DNA of 64,000 nucleotides. It comes from Oligoflexia bacterium. GTDB taxonomy: Bacteria; Bdellovibrionota; Bdellovibrionia; JABDDW01. Below, in pieces: positions 8,999 to 18,823 of the stretch. The stretch's first letter is position 1; each line of letters begins with the position of its first letter. A program made the translations under genes and the position numbers. A model generated the notes under the pieces. It ran no database searches, was not told where the DNA came from, and saw only the letters and a list, made by a program, of their open reading frames with translations. The DNA lies in assembly GCA_043732305.1 (NCBI GenBank), contig JAYTHU010000102.1, positions 59,750 through 123,749 on the forward strand, written 5' to 3'.

Positions 8999-9652
8999 CT
9001 TAAATCCTGAACTTTCAATGAGTTTGACGGGACACTTCACATTTTTTGAAACCATGATTCCTTCGCGAAGTTCCGTATTCCAATTTTGCAGCTTATATTT
9101 TGTAACCACCATCTGTAGATCTCGCGGAGTCGCTTTAAACGCCGCTTCTTTCATCACCCAATAATCGAGAGGCGCCAGCGTCAGATCATGGCGGCGTTCT
9201 TCAGGATCTAAAAATCTATCAATGACTTCTGGTTTAAGCACTCTCTGCGCTGATTCGATATCAATGCCTACGCCTTGGAAAGCGCCCGTCAGTTCAATCG
9301 GAAGCAAACTCGACACAGCCACCACCAACGGAAGCGGATTGTCCGTGTGGGAAATACTAGAAAGCATAACTAAGCCTTCGGCCCGGGTAAGTTTTAAAAA
9401 ATTTTCCTCCATGGAAACTTCCGCACGACGAGCTTCGGCCCATTCCATTTCTCGAGACTTCGGCCATTTCTTGTAATTAGGACTAATATTCTCAACTCGG
9501 GATTTGAAAAACGAACTTTTCTCGAGGGCTTTCATTAAATCATCATCTATGCCTTTGCGAATTTCACGCACAGCAGTTTGGCAGCTAAGTATTCCTAGGA
9601 AACTTTTCCACCCATGATTTAATTCTGATTCGAGAATATCGTAAGTTTTCAT
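8972..9652 (-). CDS. 4'-phosphopantetheinyl transferase family protein
   Basis: SISHT, GVGIDIE, WVMKEAAFKA. Confidence 0.75.
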   Translation of the reverse strand: MKTYDILESELNHGWKSFLGILSCQTAVREIRKGIDDDLMKALEKSSFFKSRVENISPNYKKWPKSREMEWAEARRAEVSMEENFLKLTRAEGLVMLSSISHTDNPLPLVVAVSSLLPIELTGAFQGVGIDIESAQRVLKPEVIDRFLDPEERRHDLTLAPLDYWVMKEAAFKATPRDLQMVVTKYKLQNWNTELREGIMVSKNVKCPVKLIESSGFKLGLSYYRF

Positions 9653-11325
9653 TTCAAGAAATGAACTATCACAAGAGGTTTTTGATCAAAAGCTTTTTTA
9701 AACACTCGTCTTGCCGCCATTGCCACAGCTTGCTCACGGGTGATGTCCTCAGCCGTGTGTAAATTTCGATAAGGAGTCCAAGCCTCAAAAGCCTGCTGAC
9801 ACTGACGTTGAATGTCTTCCTGGAGTTTAAGATTCAGCTTATCGTCACCTAAGAAACTGGTGAGAGAAACTTGAACGTCGCGCTCTAGTTGAGTTCCACT
9901 TTTTGTCACGGGGCAAATGACAGTGATAACTCCAGACTTTGCGGCGGCTCGGCGTTTTTTAATTCGCTCGTCGTCAATATCGCCAATGTTCCCTTGAAAA
10001 AACCATTTTCTTCCCGTGACTACTGTTTTATCTGTCCGTGCTTCAGTGCCGTCATATTCCCAAACTTGCCCGTTCTCGATGAGAGATACATGTCTTTTTA
10101 GGTAGCCAGAATCTTCAGCAGTTTTTTTATGAAGAGCCAGCTGCCGATATTCTCCGTGAATGGGAATGAAATATTTCGGTCTAAGCATCTTTAAAAGTTC
10201 GGTCTGCTCTTCCTGGTAAGCGTGACCACTCGCATGCACAGGCTTCATGTCTTCATAATGCACAATCGCGCCGAGTTTAAAAATCTGATTGATCACAAAA
10301 TTTATGGCTCGCTCATTGCCGGGAATATTTCTTGAACTTAAAATAACGGTGTCACCAGGACCAATTTTCAACCAGCGACTTTCATTTTTTGCTAATCGAA
10401 AAAGACTTGAGCGCGCCTCACCCTGACTCCCCGTGCTCAAAACCATAACTCGCTTTTTATCAAAGCGATCAATTTCTTCGAGCGGCTGAATTAAACTTCC
10501 TTTTTGAGGAAGATGATTCTGTTCGATGGCAATTTGCACGTATCGTTCCATGCTGCGTCCGGATAGGAATATTTTACGCCCATGTTTTTCTGCAATGTCC
10601 ATCAACTGGTGAACGCGATGAACGTTGCTCGCAAAAAGCGCAACAACGATTGTTCCCGTCGCCTCACCAACGAGCCGATCCAACTCATCGGTGATGGAAC
10701 TTTCACTCTTAGAATGTCCGCAGCGCTCGCTGTTGGTGCTGTCACTCAAAAGCAACAATGGTTGTTCTTCACCGAGCTCTTGAAATCTTTTTTTATCCGA
10801 GGCCGCTCCTGAATAAGGAGTCTCGTCGAATTTAAAATCGCCACTGTGAATGACCAACCCATGAGGAGTCTTAATAGAAAGAGCAAAGCTTTCTAAAGTC
10901 GAATGCGTCACGTGGATAAATTCACACTCAAAACAACCAGCATTTATTTTATCTCCAGCCTGAACATTGTGGGTGACTAAACCTTCAGCAACACCATGCT
11001 CACTGCATTTTTCCTCAATCAAGCGGGATGCAAAACGACTCGCATAGACAATGGGAACTTTGATTTCCCGAAGTAAAAAAGGTATCGCTCCAATGTGATC
11101 TTCATGACCATGGGAGATGACAAGCGCTTTGACTTTATCTTTATTCTGTACCAGGTAATTGAAATCGGGAATGACCAGGTCCAAACCTAACCAGGAAAGG
11201 TCAGGGAAAAGCACTCCGCAATCGATGAGAAGAATATCCTCACCACATTCCAGCGCCATAAGATTCAGGCCAACCTCGCCAAGGCCACCAAGAGGAATAA
11301 TTTTTAGTGGCGAAACTTCGGTCAT
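9649..11325 (-). CDS. rnj: Ribonuclease J
   Basis: PLGGLGEVGLN, SHGHEDHIG, HSGDFKFD, SDSTN, HASGHA, PIHGE. Confidence 0.95.
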   Translation of the reverse strand: MTEVSPLKIIPLGGLGEVGLNLMALECGEDILLIDCGVLFPDLSWLGLDLVIPDFNYLVQNKDKVKALVISHGHEDHIGAIPFLLREIKVPIVYASRFASRLIEEKCSEHGVAEGLVTHNVQAGDKINAGCFECEFIHVTHSTLESFALSIKTPHGLVIHSGDFKFDETPYSGAASDKKRFQELGEEQPLLLLSDSTNSERCGHSKSESSITDELDRLVGEATGTIVVALFASNVHRVHQLMDIAEKHGRKIFLSGRSMERYVQIAIEQNHLPQKGSLIQPLEEIDRFDKKRVMVLSTGSQGEARSSLFRLAKNESRWLKIGPGDTVILSSRNIPGNERAINFVINQIFKLGAIVHYEDMKPVHASGHAYQEEQTELLKMLRPKYFIPIHGEYRQLALHKKTAEDSGYLKRHVSLIENGQVWEYDGTEARTDKTVVTGRKWFFQGNIGDIDDERIKKRRAAAKSGVITVICPVTKSGTQLERDVQVSLTSFLGDDKLNLKLQEDIQRQCQQAFEAWTPYRNLHTAEDITREQAVAMAARRVFKKAFDQKPLVIVHFLK

Positions 11326-12983
11326 GGAATGACTAATCTTTGGCCGGGATGAAGCAATCCTTTTCCGGGAAGACTGTTGGCTTCTTTTATTTTCTGAATG
11401 CTCACGCCAAATTCTTGGGCAATGCTGGAAAGCGTGTCTCCGGGAAGAATTTTATATATGCCATTATTAAGAGCGCCACGTCCGGTGACTTTTAGCGAAC
11501 CCTCAGGAGTAGCAAGGATAGCCGCTTTCAATTTTTCCAGAGTACCCGCAGGAACGCGGATCGTGTAATCGGCGGGAATTTTTTTAATATTTGCGATGAC
11601 TGGACGGGTGAAATAGGGATTGAAGAGTCTGAGAATATCAAAGCTGTCTTTGCCAGGTTCCGAAGGAAAAATGCTTTCCGCAAGTTTTGCGATTTCGCCA
11701 AAATAACTTGCACGAGGAAGAGCAAAGTCTTCATGGATGAGGGGCTGACTGACATCCACTTTGCCGAAATATTTCTGCGCATGAGACTCGACGTGCAATG
11801 CGGCTAAAAACTCGGCAAAGAAATTCTCACTCGCAAATCCGAACTTCTTGCGGGTAGTGTTCCAAACCATTTCGTTGATGTCTTGAGTTTTCATTTTTTT
11901 CACAATGGCAGCAACACCTGCTGGGCCGTGATTGTATGCCGTGAGCGCTAAAGGCCAGCTGCCAAGCATCTTATAATTCAAACGCAAAAGTTTAGCGGCG
12001 GCTCGGGTTGCCTCCAAAGGATCGTTGCGAGGATCTTTGATTGTATCGATTTTGAAAAACAATTTTCCGGTACCGCGCATGAATTGCCAAATACCGCTCG
12101 CCCCCACATGAGACATCGCATACAGATTGAACGTGCTTTCCACAAAAGGAAGTCGGGTAAGTTCAATGGGCATTTTTTCTTCACGAAAAATTTTCTCCAT
12201 TTCACGAATATATCGACCTGAAAAATAAATCCCTAAAATGAATCGATCTTTCTGGCCCAATTGCATACGCAGACGATGCTTGCCCTGAGCTTCGACAAAT
12301 TTATTTTTGTCCGGAATGAACTTAAACTTTTCATAAATTTCTTGGTCTTCTTTGGATAAAACGGAAGGGTCGTCTTTAGAACGATGAATCCTTTGCAACG
12401 CCTCTTTGATCAAGCGTTTGTCATCCTTGATTTCTTTTTTCTTCTGCCGTTCTTTTTCAAGAGGATTCAATTTTGTGTCTGCATCGAGTGCAGTGAAATC
12501 TAACACTTTATAGACGATGTCCATGTACTTGGCATCATGGAGCAGAACTTGTTTGGTGGTGTATTTGCTATAAATATCAATCCAGAAATTAACACGGTCA
12601 TGAAATCCAGGGGGAGTTTCAAAAGCGGTGGGCGACCAACCGAGCGCTTCCATCTGCTTGGAAAAATCGGGCTTACTCCAATAAACTCCTGTCTTTTTCA
12701 TTTCCAAACTTGCAATTTGCTTTTGAACTTCTTGATCTACAAATGCTTCGTCGATAACTTCTTCTGCGGCGTCGTCGGTGCTTCCTTGGCTCGCGGCATC
12801 TTCCGTCGAAGGCTTTACTTCTTCGGGAGTAGTCTCCCCGGCTTTCAGGAGGTCAGCGGCGCTAGGGTTTTTCATATCCAAATCGTTTGCTCGAGAATCA
12901 GAATGCAAACTCAACAGCAAACATACCGCGATGACCGTTAGAGAAATTTTGGAAGTACTTAAAGAATGCATTTTATCCTTCAT
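11322..12983 (-). CDS. Lytic transglycosylase (MltD-like) with C-terminal LysM
   Basis: LPFVES, GASGIWQFM, LALTAYNHG, C-terminal YKILPGDTLSSIA LysM; signal peptide. Confidence 0.9.
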   Translation of the reverse strand: MKDKMHSLSTSKISLTVIAVCLLLSLHSDSRANDLDMKNPSAADLLKAGETTPEEVKPSTEDAASQGSTDDAAEEVIDEAFVDQEVQKQIASLEMKKTGVYWSKPDFSKQMEALGWSPTAFETPPGFHDRVNFWIDIYSKYTTKQVLLHDAKYMDIVYKVLDFTALDADTKLNPLEKERQKKKEIKDDKRLIKEALQRIHRSKDDPSVLSKEDQEIYEKFKFIPDKNKFVEAQGKHRLRMQLGQKDRFILGIYFSGRYIREMEKIFREEKMPIELTRLPFVESTFNLYAMSHVGASGIWQFMRGTGKLFFKIDTIKDPRNDPLEATRAAAKLLRLNYKMLGSWPLALTAYNHGPAGVAAIVKKMKTQDINEMVWNTTRKKFGFASENFFAEFLAALHVESHAQKYFGKVDVSQPLIHEDFALPRASYFGEIAKLAESIFPSEPGKDSFDILRLFNPYFTRPVIANIKKIPADYTIRVPAGTLEKLKAAILATPEGSLKVTGRGALNNGIYKILPGDTLSSIAQEFGVSIQKIKEANSLPGKGLLHPGQRLVIP

Positions 12984-14410
12984 CGGGTGAGTTGTGCAGC
13001 GAGGTTGTCGAAAACTTCTCGGATATGGGCTTCGTCGCCATTGCCGTTAAAAATGAACGCGAAGAGAATTTGTTCACCAGCGCCGCGCCCAGCAAATCCC
13101 GAAAGTGCCACGACTCCGTTAAGCAATCCTGTCTTGGCTCTCACTTTTCTTTCACCGATGGACCCTTTGAAACGTTTTTCTAAAGTTCCGTCTACGCCAG
13201 CAACCGGCAAGCTCTGGATAAATTCGGGAGCAATCGCAAAATCTTTTTGCACCCAACGTAAGAGCTGGGTGAACTGTTGGGCAGAAAATGAATTCTTGCG
13301 AGTGAAGCCAGAAACATTCACCAAAGTGAAATCATCAAGCCCCACTTGGTTTTTAAGAAAACTCCGAGCTTTTTGCAATGCCGTGTCCATCTTACCAGGA
13401 CCACCAGAGATTTCTGCGGCCATGTCCTTAGCTAACGTCTCTGCAACAAAATTATTTGAAAACTTATTTTGGCTGGCAACCAAATGAGCAAGTCTTTCAC
13501 TTGAAACTTCTGATTTCAGCACAGCTGATGAGGGAACTTTTCCTTGAATCACGCGCCCATTGAAATCAACGCCTCGCTGTTTTAAAAAACCTTTTAAATT
13601 ATAGCCAGCATACAAAGAAGGCTCTGTTACATTTTTATAAATATGTTTTTCATCAGAACCCAAGCCAATTTTTCCGCTCACGGTCACAACATCATGTCCA
13701 TTCACAAATTCTCGCTCACAAGACAAATCGCTGCCTTTTTTTCCCGTCACGGCTCGATTTTTTAAAATAATGTATTCGTTTGCGGGGTCAACGTAAACAC
13801 GCGCGGGGTCTCCAACGGCGGCACCGGGTCTCACAAAAAGTGTGGTGCTGTTCCAATTGAAAGAAAGTCCGGAGAGTGGTGCATCGTAAGCACGATCATT
13901 TCGATCAGACTCGCGGCCTTTGTCGAATTTTTCTTCGTCCAAATAACTTTCGTCTACCACAATGTCGCCATCAATTTTCTTAATATCAGCGCGAAGGAAA
14001 TCATTCACCAGCATCCACATTTTTTCTGAAACGAAACCGGGATCTCCCCCACCTTTGAGATACAAATTTCCTTTGAGCATTCCATCACTGAAATTCCCGG
14101 TGGCAAGAATCTGAGTCTTAAATTGATGATCAGGCTTGAACGTATCTAAAACAACCGCGGTAGTGATGAGCTTTGTGATTGAAGCAGGAATGAGATGCTT
14201 TTTACCGTTTATACTGAAAACCTCGTCGCCGGAAGACGTCATGGCATAAAGACTGAGGTGGTCCTTCTGGATTCCAGAGTTTTCGACGATCTTTTCAAGC
14301 TTATGTTTCAGTCCGGGATCATCTTGACTGATCGAAAACGACAGACTGGACCAAAGACTGAGGCCGAGACTTAAAATGATGACGCTAGGCAAAACTATTA
14401 TTTTGTTCAT
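12980..14410 (-). CDS. dacB: D-alanyl-D-alanine carboxypeptidase/endopeptidase (PBP4, S13)
   Basis: PASITK (SxxK), SNN (SxN), AKTG, GGGDP. Start placed at MNKII (14410). Confidence 0.93.
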   Translation of the reverse strand: MNKIIVLPSVIILSLGLSLWSSLSFSISQDDPGLKHKLEKIVENSGIQKDHLSLYAMTSSGDEVFSINGKKHLIPASITKLITTAVVLDTFKPDHQFKTQILATGNFSDGMLKGNLYLKGGGDPGFVSEKMWMLVNDFLRADIKKIDGDIVVDESYLDEEKFDKGRESDRNDRAYDAPLSGLSFNWNSTTLFVRPGAAVGDPARVYVDPANEYIILKNRAVTGKKGSDLSCEREFVNGHDVVTVSGKIGLGSDEKHIYKNVTEPSLYAGYNLKGFLKQRGVDFNGRVIQGKVPSSAVLKSEVSSERLAHLVASQNKFSNNFVAETLAKDMAAEISGGPGKMDTALQKARSFLKNQVGLDDFTLVNVSGFTRKNSFSAQQFTQLLRWVQKDFAIAPEFIQSLPVAGVDGTLEKRFKGSIGERKVRAKTGLLNGVVALSGFAGRGAGEQILFAFIFNGNGDEAHIREVFDNLAAQLTR

Positions 14411-14472
14411 TGTGACTAGTAGAACTCGAAACGTTCTTGATTTCAACAGGCTGATTCAAGCAGCATGAAATT

Positions 14473-15378
14473 ATGCATCCAAAGATTTTAGTACCAAAGA
14501 TTCTAGTAGTCGACGACGAAGCAAATACGAGAGAAGCAATCAAACGCACCCTTCATAAGGACTTTGAAGTTCTAGAAGCTGAAGGTGGGCCCGAGGCTCT
14601 TGCGATTGTGACTGCTCATGATGACATAACTATCGTCCTCACCGACGAGCGCATGCCAGGCATGACTGGAATCGAACTCCTCACGCAGATCAAACAAACT
14701 CACCCGAAGATTGTACGGGTTATTTTATCCGGGCAAATTGAGCTTGAAGGCATGATGAGCGCGGTGAACCAAGCTTCTGTACATCGCTTTATTATGAAGC
14801 CATGGGACAACACTTTCTTGCGTTTGCAACTTCAAGAAGCACTGTTGCATCACAGGGATTTAGGCGAGATGCGCCGGCTTCAGCAATTGGCGATCACTGA
14901 TCCCGTCACGAGCCTCACCAATCATCGATTTTTTCAAGAACGAGTGCGAGAAGAGCTGGACCGATCTAAACGCCACGGAAGAAGTTTCAGTTTGCTGATG
15001 ATCGATGTCGATTATTTTAAACTCTTCAATGACAAGTATGGCCACCCCGCCGGTGATCAGGCGCTTTTTAGACTCGCTCAGCTTTTGAAAAAAGCAACTA
15101 GACTAGCCGACACCATTTCTAGATATGGCGGCGAAGAATTCACAATGATTCTTCCTGAAACTGCGCGTGCGCCTGCACTTGAGGTAGCGGAGAGAATTCG
15201 TAAGGACATGGAAACTTCGATTATAGATCCCGTGAATCGTCATGTTTTTACTTTCAGCATAGGACTCTCTACCTTTCCCGATGATGCACTCACCGTGGAA
15301 GAATTGATTTTCAAGGCAGACCAAGCCCTTTATCAAGCCAAGCAAAAAGGGCGAAATCGCGTTGAAGCTTGTTCCTGA
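14473..15378 (+). CDS. Response-regulator diguanylate cyclase (REC-GGDEF)
   Basis: VVDDE, DERMPGMTG receiver domain; RYGGEEF active site with an RLAD (RxxD) I-site. Confidence 0.93.
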   Translation: MHPKILVPKILVVDDEANTREAIKRTLHKDFEVLEAEGGPEALAIVTAHDDITIVLTDERMPGMTGIELLTQIKQTHPKIVRVILSGQIELEGMMSAVNQASVHRFIMKPWDNTFLRLQLQEALLHHRDLGEMRRLQQLAITDPVTSLTNHRFFQERVREELDRSKRHGRSFSLLMIDVDYFKLFNDKYGHPAGDQALFRLAQLLKKATRLADTISRYGGEEFTMILPETARAPALEVAERIRKDMETSIIDPVNRHVFTFSIGLSTFPDDALTVEELIFKADQALYQAKQKGRNRVEACS

Positions 15379-15397
15379 ATTCTGTTAGACTAAGTGT

Positions 15398-16285
15398 ATG
15401 AAAAAAAATGATTGGATGATCGTTCTCTTACCTTTACTTTTCACTTGGGGTATCGACCGCGCCACCAAAATGTGGGCGGTGCATCTTACCAATTTTAATT
15501 TCTACGGACCCATTGGTTTTATTCTTCATCACAATCATGGCGCTCTCTTAGGTTTGTTCAGCAGCCTCCCAGCTATGTTGCGAATTGTGAGTCTTTCCAC
15601 TGGCGGTGCTTTTCTACTTTTCATTTTTGCTATTTTGCAATTTTTATTACCCACAAAATCCATGTTGTTGCGTGCGGGACTTTCCATCCTAATTGGTGGA
15701 ATCATCGGAAACGTCACAGATCGAATTATCTGGGGCTACGTTGTTGATTTCATTGTGATGGGAAATATCAATCACTTTTCCCCGGCGTTTAATTTGGCAG
15801 ATGCTCTTCAATGGGTGGGTTATGGCTGCATCGTGGTTGCTTTTATCAAAGAAGGCAAAGCACTTTTGCCGGAAGAAAACCTGCGCAAAAGTTATTGGAT
15901 CAACGTCCGCTTCCAATTGAAATATTCATTTGCTCTCGTGGCTGTGGGCTTGGGTCTTTCTGTCATTGCAGGCACCTACAGTTACACTTACTTGCGTGTG
16001 ACTTTGCATGAGCTTCGCGGAGACAATCCCATTTTAAACGACCAGTTTCTGATTCCGTTCATCATCACTTTTGCAATCGTGACAGCAACATTCTGCATTG
16101 TGCTTTTTTGGGTGGGAATGGTTTTATCGCATAGAGCCGCGGGTCCACTTTATGCTTTTGAAAGATTTCTAGATAACACTCTTGCTGGAAAGCACGCTGT
16201 GTTGAAATTGCGCGCCGGAGATGAGTTCAAACAATTGGAAAAATTGGCCGAGAAGCTCAACCAAGGACTCAATCCAAAATCTTAG
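15398..16285 (+). CDS. lspA: Lipoprotein signal peptidase II with a fused C-terminal 2TM/HAMP-like domain
   Basis: DRATK, NHGA, GNVTDR, VVDFI, FNLAD; ~130 aa extension with SHRAAGPLY...LRAGDEF. Confidence 0.82.
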   Translation: MKKNDWMIVLLPLLFTWGIDRATKMWAVHLTNFNFYGPIGFILHHNHGALLGLFSSLPAMLRIVSLSTGGAFLLFIFAILQFLLPTKSMLLRAGLSILIGGIIGNVTDRIIWGYVVDFIVMGNINHFSPAFNLADALQWVGYGCIVVAFIKEGKALLPEENLRKSYWINVRFQLKYSFALVAVGLGLSVIAGTYSYTYLRVTLHELRGDNPILNDQFLIPFIITFAIVTATFCIVLFWVGMVLSHRAAGPLYAFERFLDNTLAGKHAVLKLRAGDEFKQLEKLAEKLNQGLNPKS

Positions 16286-17102
16286 CTTTTGAAATTCGAT
16301 TGAGAAAATATCTCTTTTCCTTATTTTCATCGTGAGCCATCCCGACTAAAAAATCACCATCAGGATTTCTGACCATTCCTAACGGAGTGACTTTTCTGGG
16401 AACACCCGGTCGAGAACCACCTTCATAGGTTATTTCTAAAACGATTTGCTTTTGTGATGCTTCAACCAATGGTCCATAGACAGAATGATTTATTAATTCT
16501 TGGATCGAATAACGAGGCCACATTAGCGCTCCACCTTGCACGTTGTAAACGTGTTCCAAAGTCGAAAGTGCACCGGTAGCTTCCATACATCTGAGACCAG
16601 CTTCCAAACAAGCACGACTGTCATCCAAAGCCCGGTGAGCAGCTCCCACTTTGATTTCGAAATTATGCACGAGCGTGGCCAAGCGATGATTAATGAATTT
16701 CGGAAATAATTTTCGCGCAAGTAAACAACTACACAAAACTGGATTGATAGGCAGAGGTAAATTGAGTTTTTCATACTCAAGCGTGAGAAAACCCATATCA
16801 AAAGGCGCATGATGCGCGATCAAGATTGAACCATCAGAAATAAATTCATGAAATTTTGGAAGCACATCTTTAATAGGAGGAGCATCGGCCACCATTTCAT
16901 TGGTGATATGATGAATGCGAATAACAGCTTCACCCATTTGTTGGATTGGCTTCACAAAAGATTCAAATTTGTCGATGACTTTGCCATTGCGCCATTTCAC
17001 GGCCGCAAGTTCGCATATCTCTGCAACCAACGGAAAACGTCCCGTGGTCTCAGTGTCGAATCCAATATAGGTCTGATCTTTCCACATTTCTTTCATGGCC
17101 AC
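16269..17102 (-). CDS. DEDDh 3'-5' exonuclease (DnaQ-like) with C-terminal WYL-like domain
   Basis: FDTETTG, AHHAPFD, AHRALDD; C-terminal ITY...RKVTP...FLVG...KRYFLNRI. Confidence 0.85.
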   Translation of the reverse strand: MAMKEMWKDQTYIGFDTETTGRFPLVAEICELAAVKWRNGKVIDKFESFVKPIQQMGEAVIRIHHITNEMVADAPPIKDVLPKFHEFISDGSILIAHHAPFDMGFLTLEYEKLNLPLPINPVLCSCLLARKLFPKFINHRLATLVHNFEIKVGAAHRALDDSRACLEAGLRCMEATGALSTLEHVYNVQGGALMWPRYSIQELINHSVYGPLVEASQKQIVLEITYEGGSRPGVPRKVTPLGMVRNPDGDFLVGMAHDENKEKRYFLNRISKAKILD

Positions 17103-17119
17103 ATTTCTTTCATAATTCC

Positions 17120-17899
17120 TTATTTCAACTGCAGATAAACATAACCAGGATGACTGTCGGATTTCTTATCCGCAATCGCATCAAAAACTTTGTATTCGGG
17201 GGACCAATAGGGTTCATACCATTGACGATCCGGATCCAAGATCAATACCAATTTTTGTTTTTCGTCATAAGCGCCCACAGGAGCAATATGGCCAATCATT
17301 CCGCCACCGTCACCGGTGAGAACGCCTTGAGTAAAATTCAAAATAATAAAGTCACTGTCTGATTTTTCGTTTTTCACTAACAACTCATGAAATTTCTTTT
17401 TAGAGGCATCCAAGTTTTTAAAATCGATAACTTCCAATTCTATTTTCGATTTTGCTCCGCCAATTTTTAGACGATTCACCGCGGTCTTTAAAATTTCCGC
17501 CAATCTCTCAACGGAAACTCCCAAACGCACACCATGTTTAGCGGCATCCGTCAGATTTCCACTAACTTGATAACGATAGCGATCATCCGTGTATTTCTCG
17601 CCGAGATTCTTCTCCGTCACTAATTCGTCCTCTTGGGTCAGCGGAGAATTTTTGCGAGCGGCATTTAGAACCATGGTGAGAGATGCCGCCGAACAAGAAG
17701 ATCCATTCGCTTGACCTGTGTAGTACGGCATAAGCGCCCAAAAGTCTTTGGCTTCTTGAGTTTTAAAATAAGTTTCGTTGGTCTTTGCGGACATCGGTGA
17801 AGCATCCGGTCCATACTTACCTGGCTTGGGGCCGGCATTGACCACGGAACAGTTTGCGACAAATAAGCTGAGAAGCAGCACAATGCTCAATTTTAACAT
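17120..17899 (-). CDS. Exported phytochelatin synthase family (papain-like) protein
   Basis: Q...SC (catalytic Cys), GHIAPVGAYD (His), LILDPD (Asp), YEPYW; N-terminal signal/lipoprotein-like peptide. Confidence 0.85.
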   Translation of the reverse strand: MLKLSIVLLLSLFVANCSVVNAGPKPGKYGPDASPMSAKTNETYFKTQEAKDFWALMPYYTGQANGSSCSAASLTMVLNAARKNSPLTQEDELVTEKNLGEKYTDDRYRYQVSGNLTDAAKHGVRLGVSVERLAEILKTAVNRLKIGGAKSKIELEVIDFKNLDASKKKFHELLVKNEKSDSDFIILNFTQGVLTGDGGGMIGHIAPVGAYDEKQKLVLILDPDRQWYEPYWSPEYKVFDAIADKKSDSHPGYVYLQLK

Positions 17900-17995
17900 T
17901 CTTGCCTTTTCGCCCTTCTTTTTATAAGTTTTGCTTGAGAAGAATTCACCGGTTTTTATTGAAGACTTGTACCATTACTTATAGCGAGGTCTCCC

Positions 17996-18823
17996 ATGTT
18001 ACTCAAAGGAAAAAAGGCTCTTATCCTAGGCATTGCAAATGAGCGATCCATCGCATGGGCCATGGCCCAACAGTTCAAAGCTCAGGGATGCGAACTCGCA
18101 TTTACTTATGCCGGTGATGCCATCAAAAAGCGTGTGGAACCCTTGGCTTCGGAAATTGGATGCAAGCTAGTTTTTCCCTGCGACGTCTCATCTGATGCCG
18201 ATATAAAGAATCTTTTTAACGAGCTGAAAAAACATTGGGACCAGTTCGATATTTTGGTCCATTCGATTGGGTACGCCAATAAAGAAGAGCTCAGCGGAAG
18301 TTTTCTCAATACGACTCGCGAAGGCTTCAGAGTAGCCCTCGATATTTCCGCCTATTCGCTCATTGGCTTGGTAAAAGAATCATTCGACATGTTGAAACCT
18401 GGCGGATCCGTGATCACATTGAGTTATCTGGGCGCAGCCAAAGTTGTTCAAAATTACAATGTGATGGGAGTGGCCAAAGCGGCACTCGAATCATCGGTCA
18501 GATACCTCGCATGGGAACTGGGCACAAAAGGTGTTCGCTGCAATGCTATTTCTGCTGGACCTGTTAAAACGTTAGCTGCTTCTGGCGTGCGCGGATTCCG
18601 TGCCTTGCTTGATTCCGTGGGCCAAATGAGCGCTCTCCACAGAAACATCACCGCCGATGAAGTCGGAAAAGCTGGATTGTATTTAGCGAGCGATCTCTCG
18701 AGTGGTGTCACCGGCGAAATTCATTATGTCGATGCTGGTTTCAGCACGGCGGCATTGCGAATTCCAGAAGCTAAACCTGTCGCACCCGCGGCTTCTGTAT
18801 CTGGCTCTGGCTCTGGCGAATAA
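17996..18823 (+). CDS. fabI: Enoyl-ACP reductase (NADH)
   Basis: GIANERSIAW, YNVMGVAKAALE, ISAGPVKTLAA, VDAG. Confidence 0.96.
   Translation: MLLKGKKALILGIANERSIAWAMAQQFKAQGCELAFTYAGDAIKKRVEPLASEIGCKLVFPCDVSSDADIKNLFNELKKHWDQFDILVHSIGYANKEELSGSFLNTTREGFRVALDISAYSLIGLVKESFDMLKPGGSVITLSYLGAAKVVQNYNVMGVAKAALESSVRYLAWELGTKGVRCNAISAGPVKTLAASGVRGFRALLDSVGQMSALHRNITADEVGKAGLYLASDLSSGVTGEIHYVDAGFSTAALRIPEAKPVAPAASVSGSGSGE

Noticed and set aside
12966..13487. 173-aa + strand ORF, and the many other 60-160 aa shadow ORFs in the track
   Set aside because: They are antisense or out of frame to well-supported genes, with no RBS or recognisable motifs.
18800..18817. (TCTGGC)x3 microsatellite at the fabI 3' end
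   Set aside because: An in-frame hexamer encoding SGSGSG in a tail; too short to suggest phase variation.
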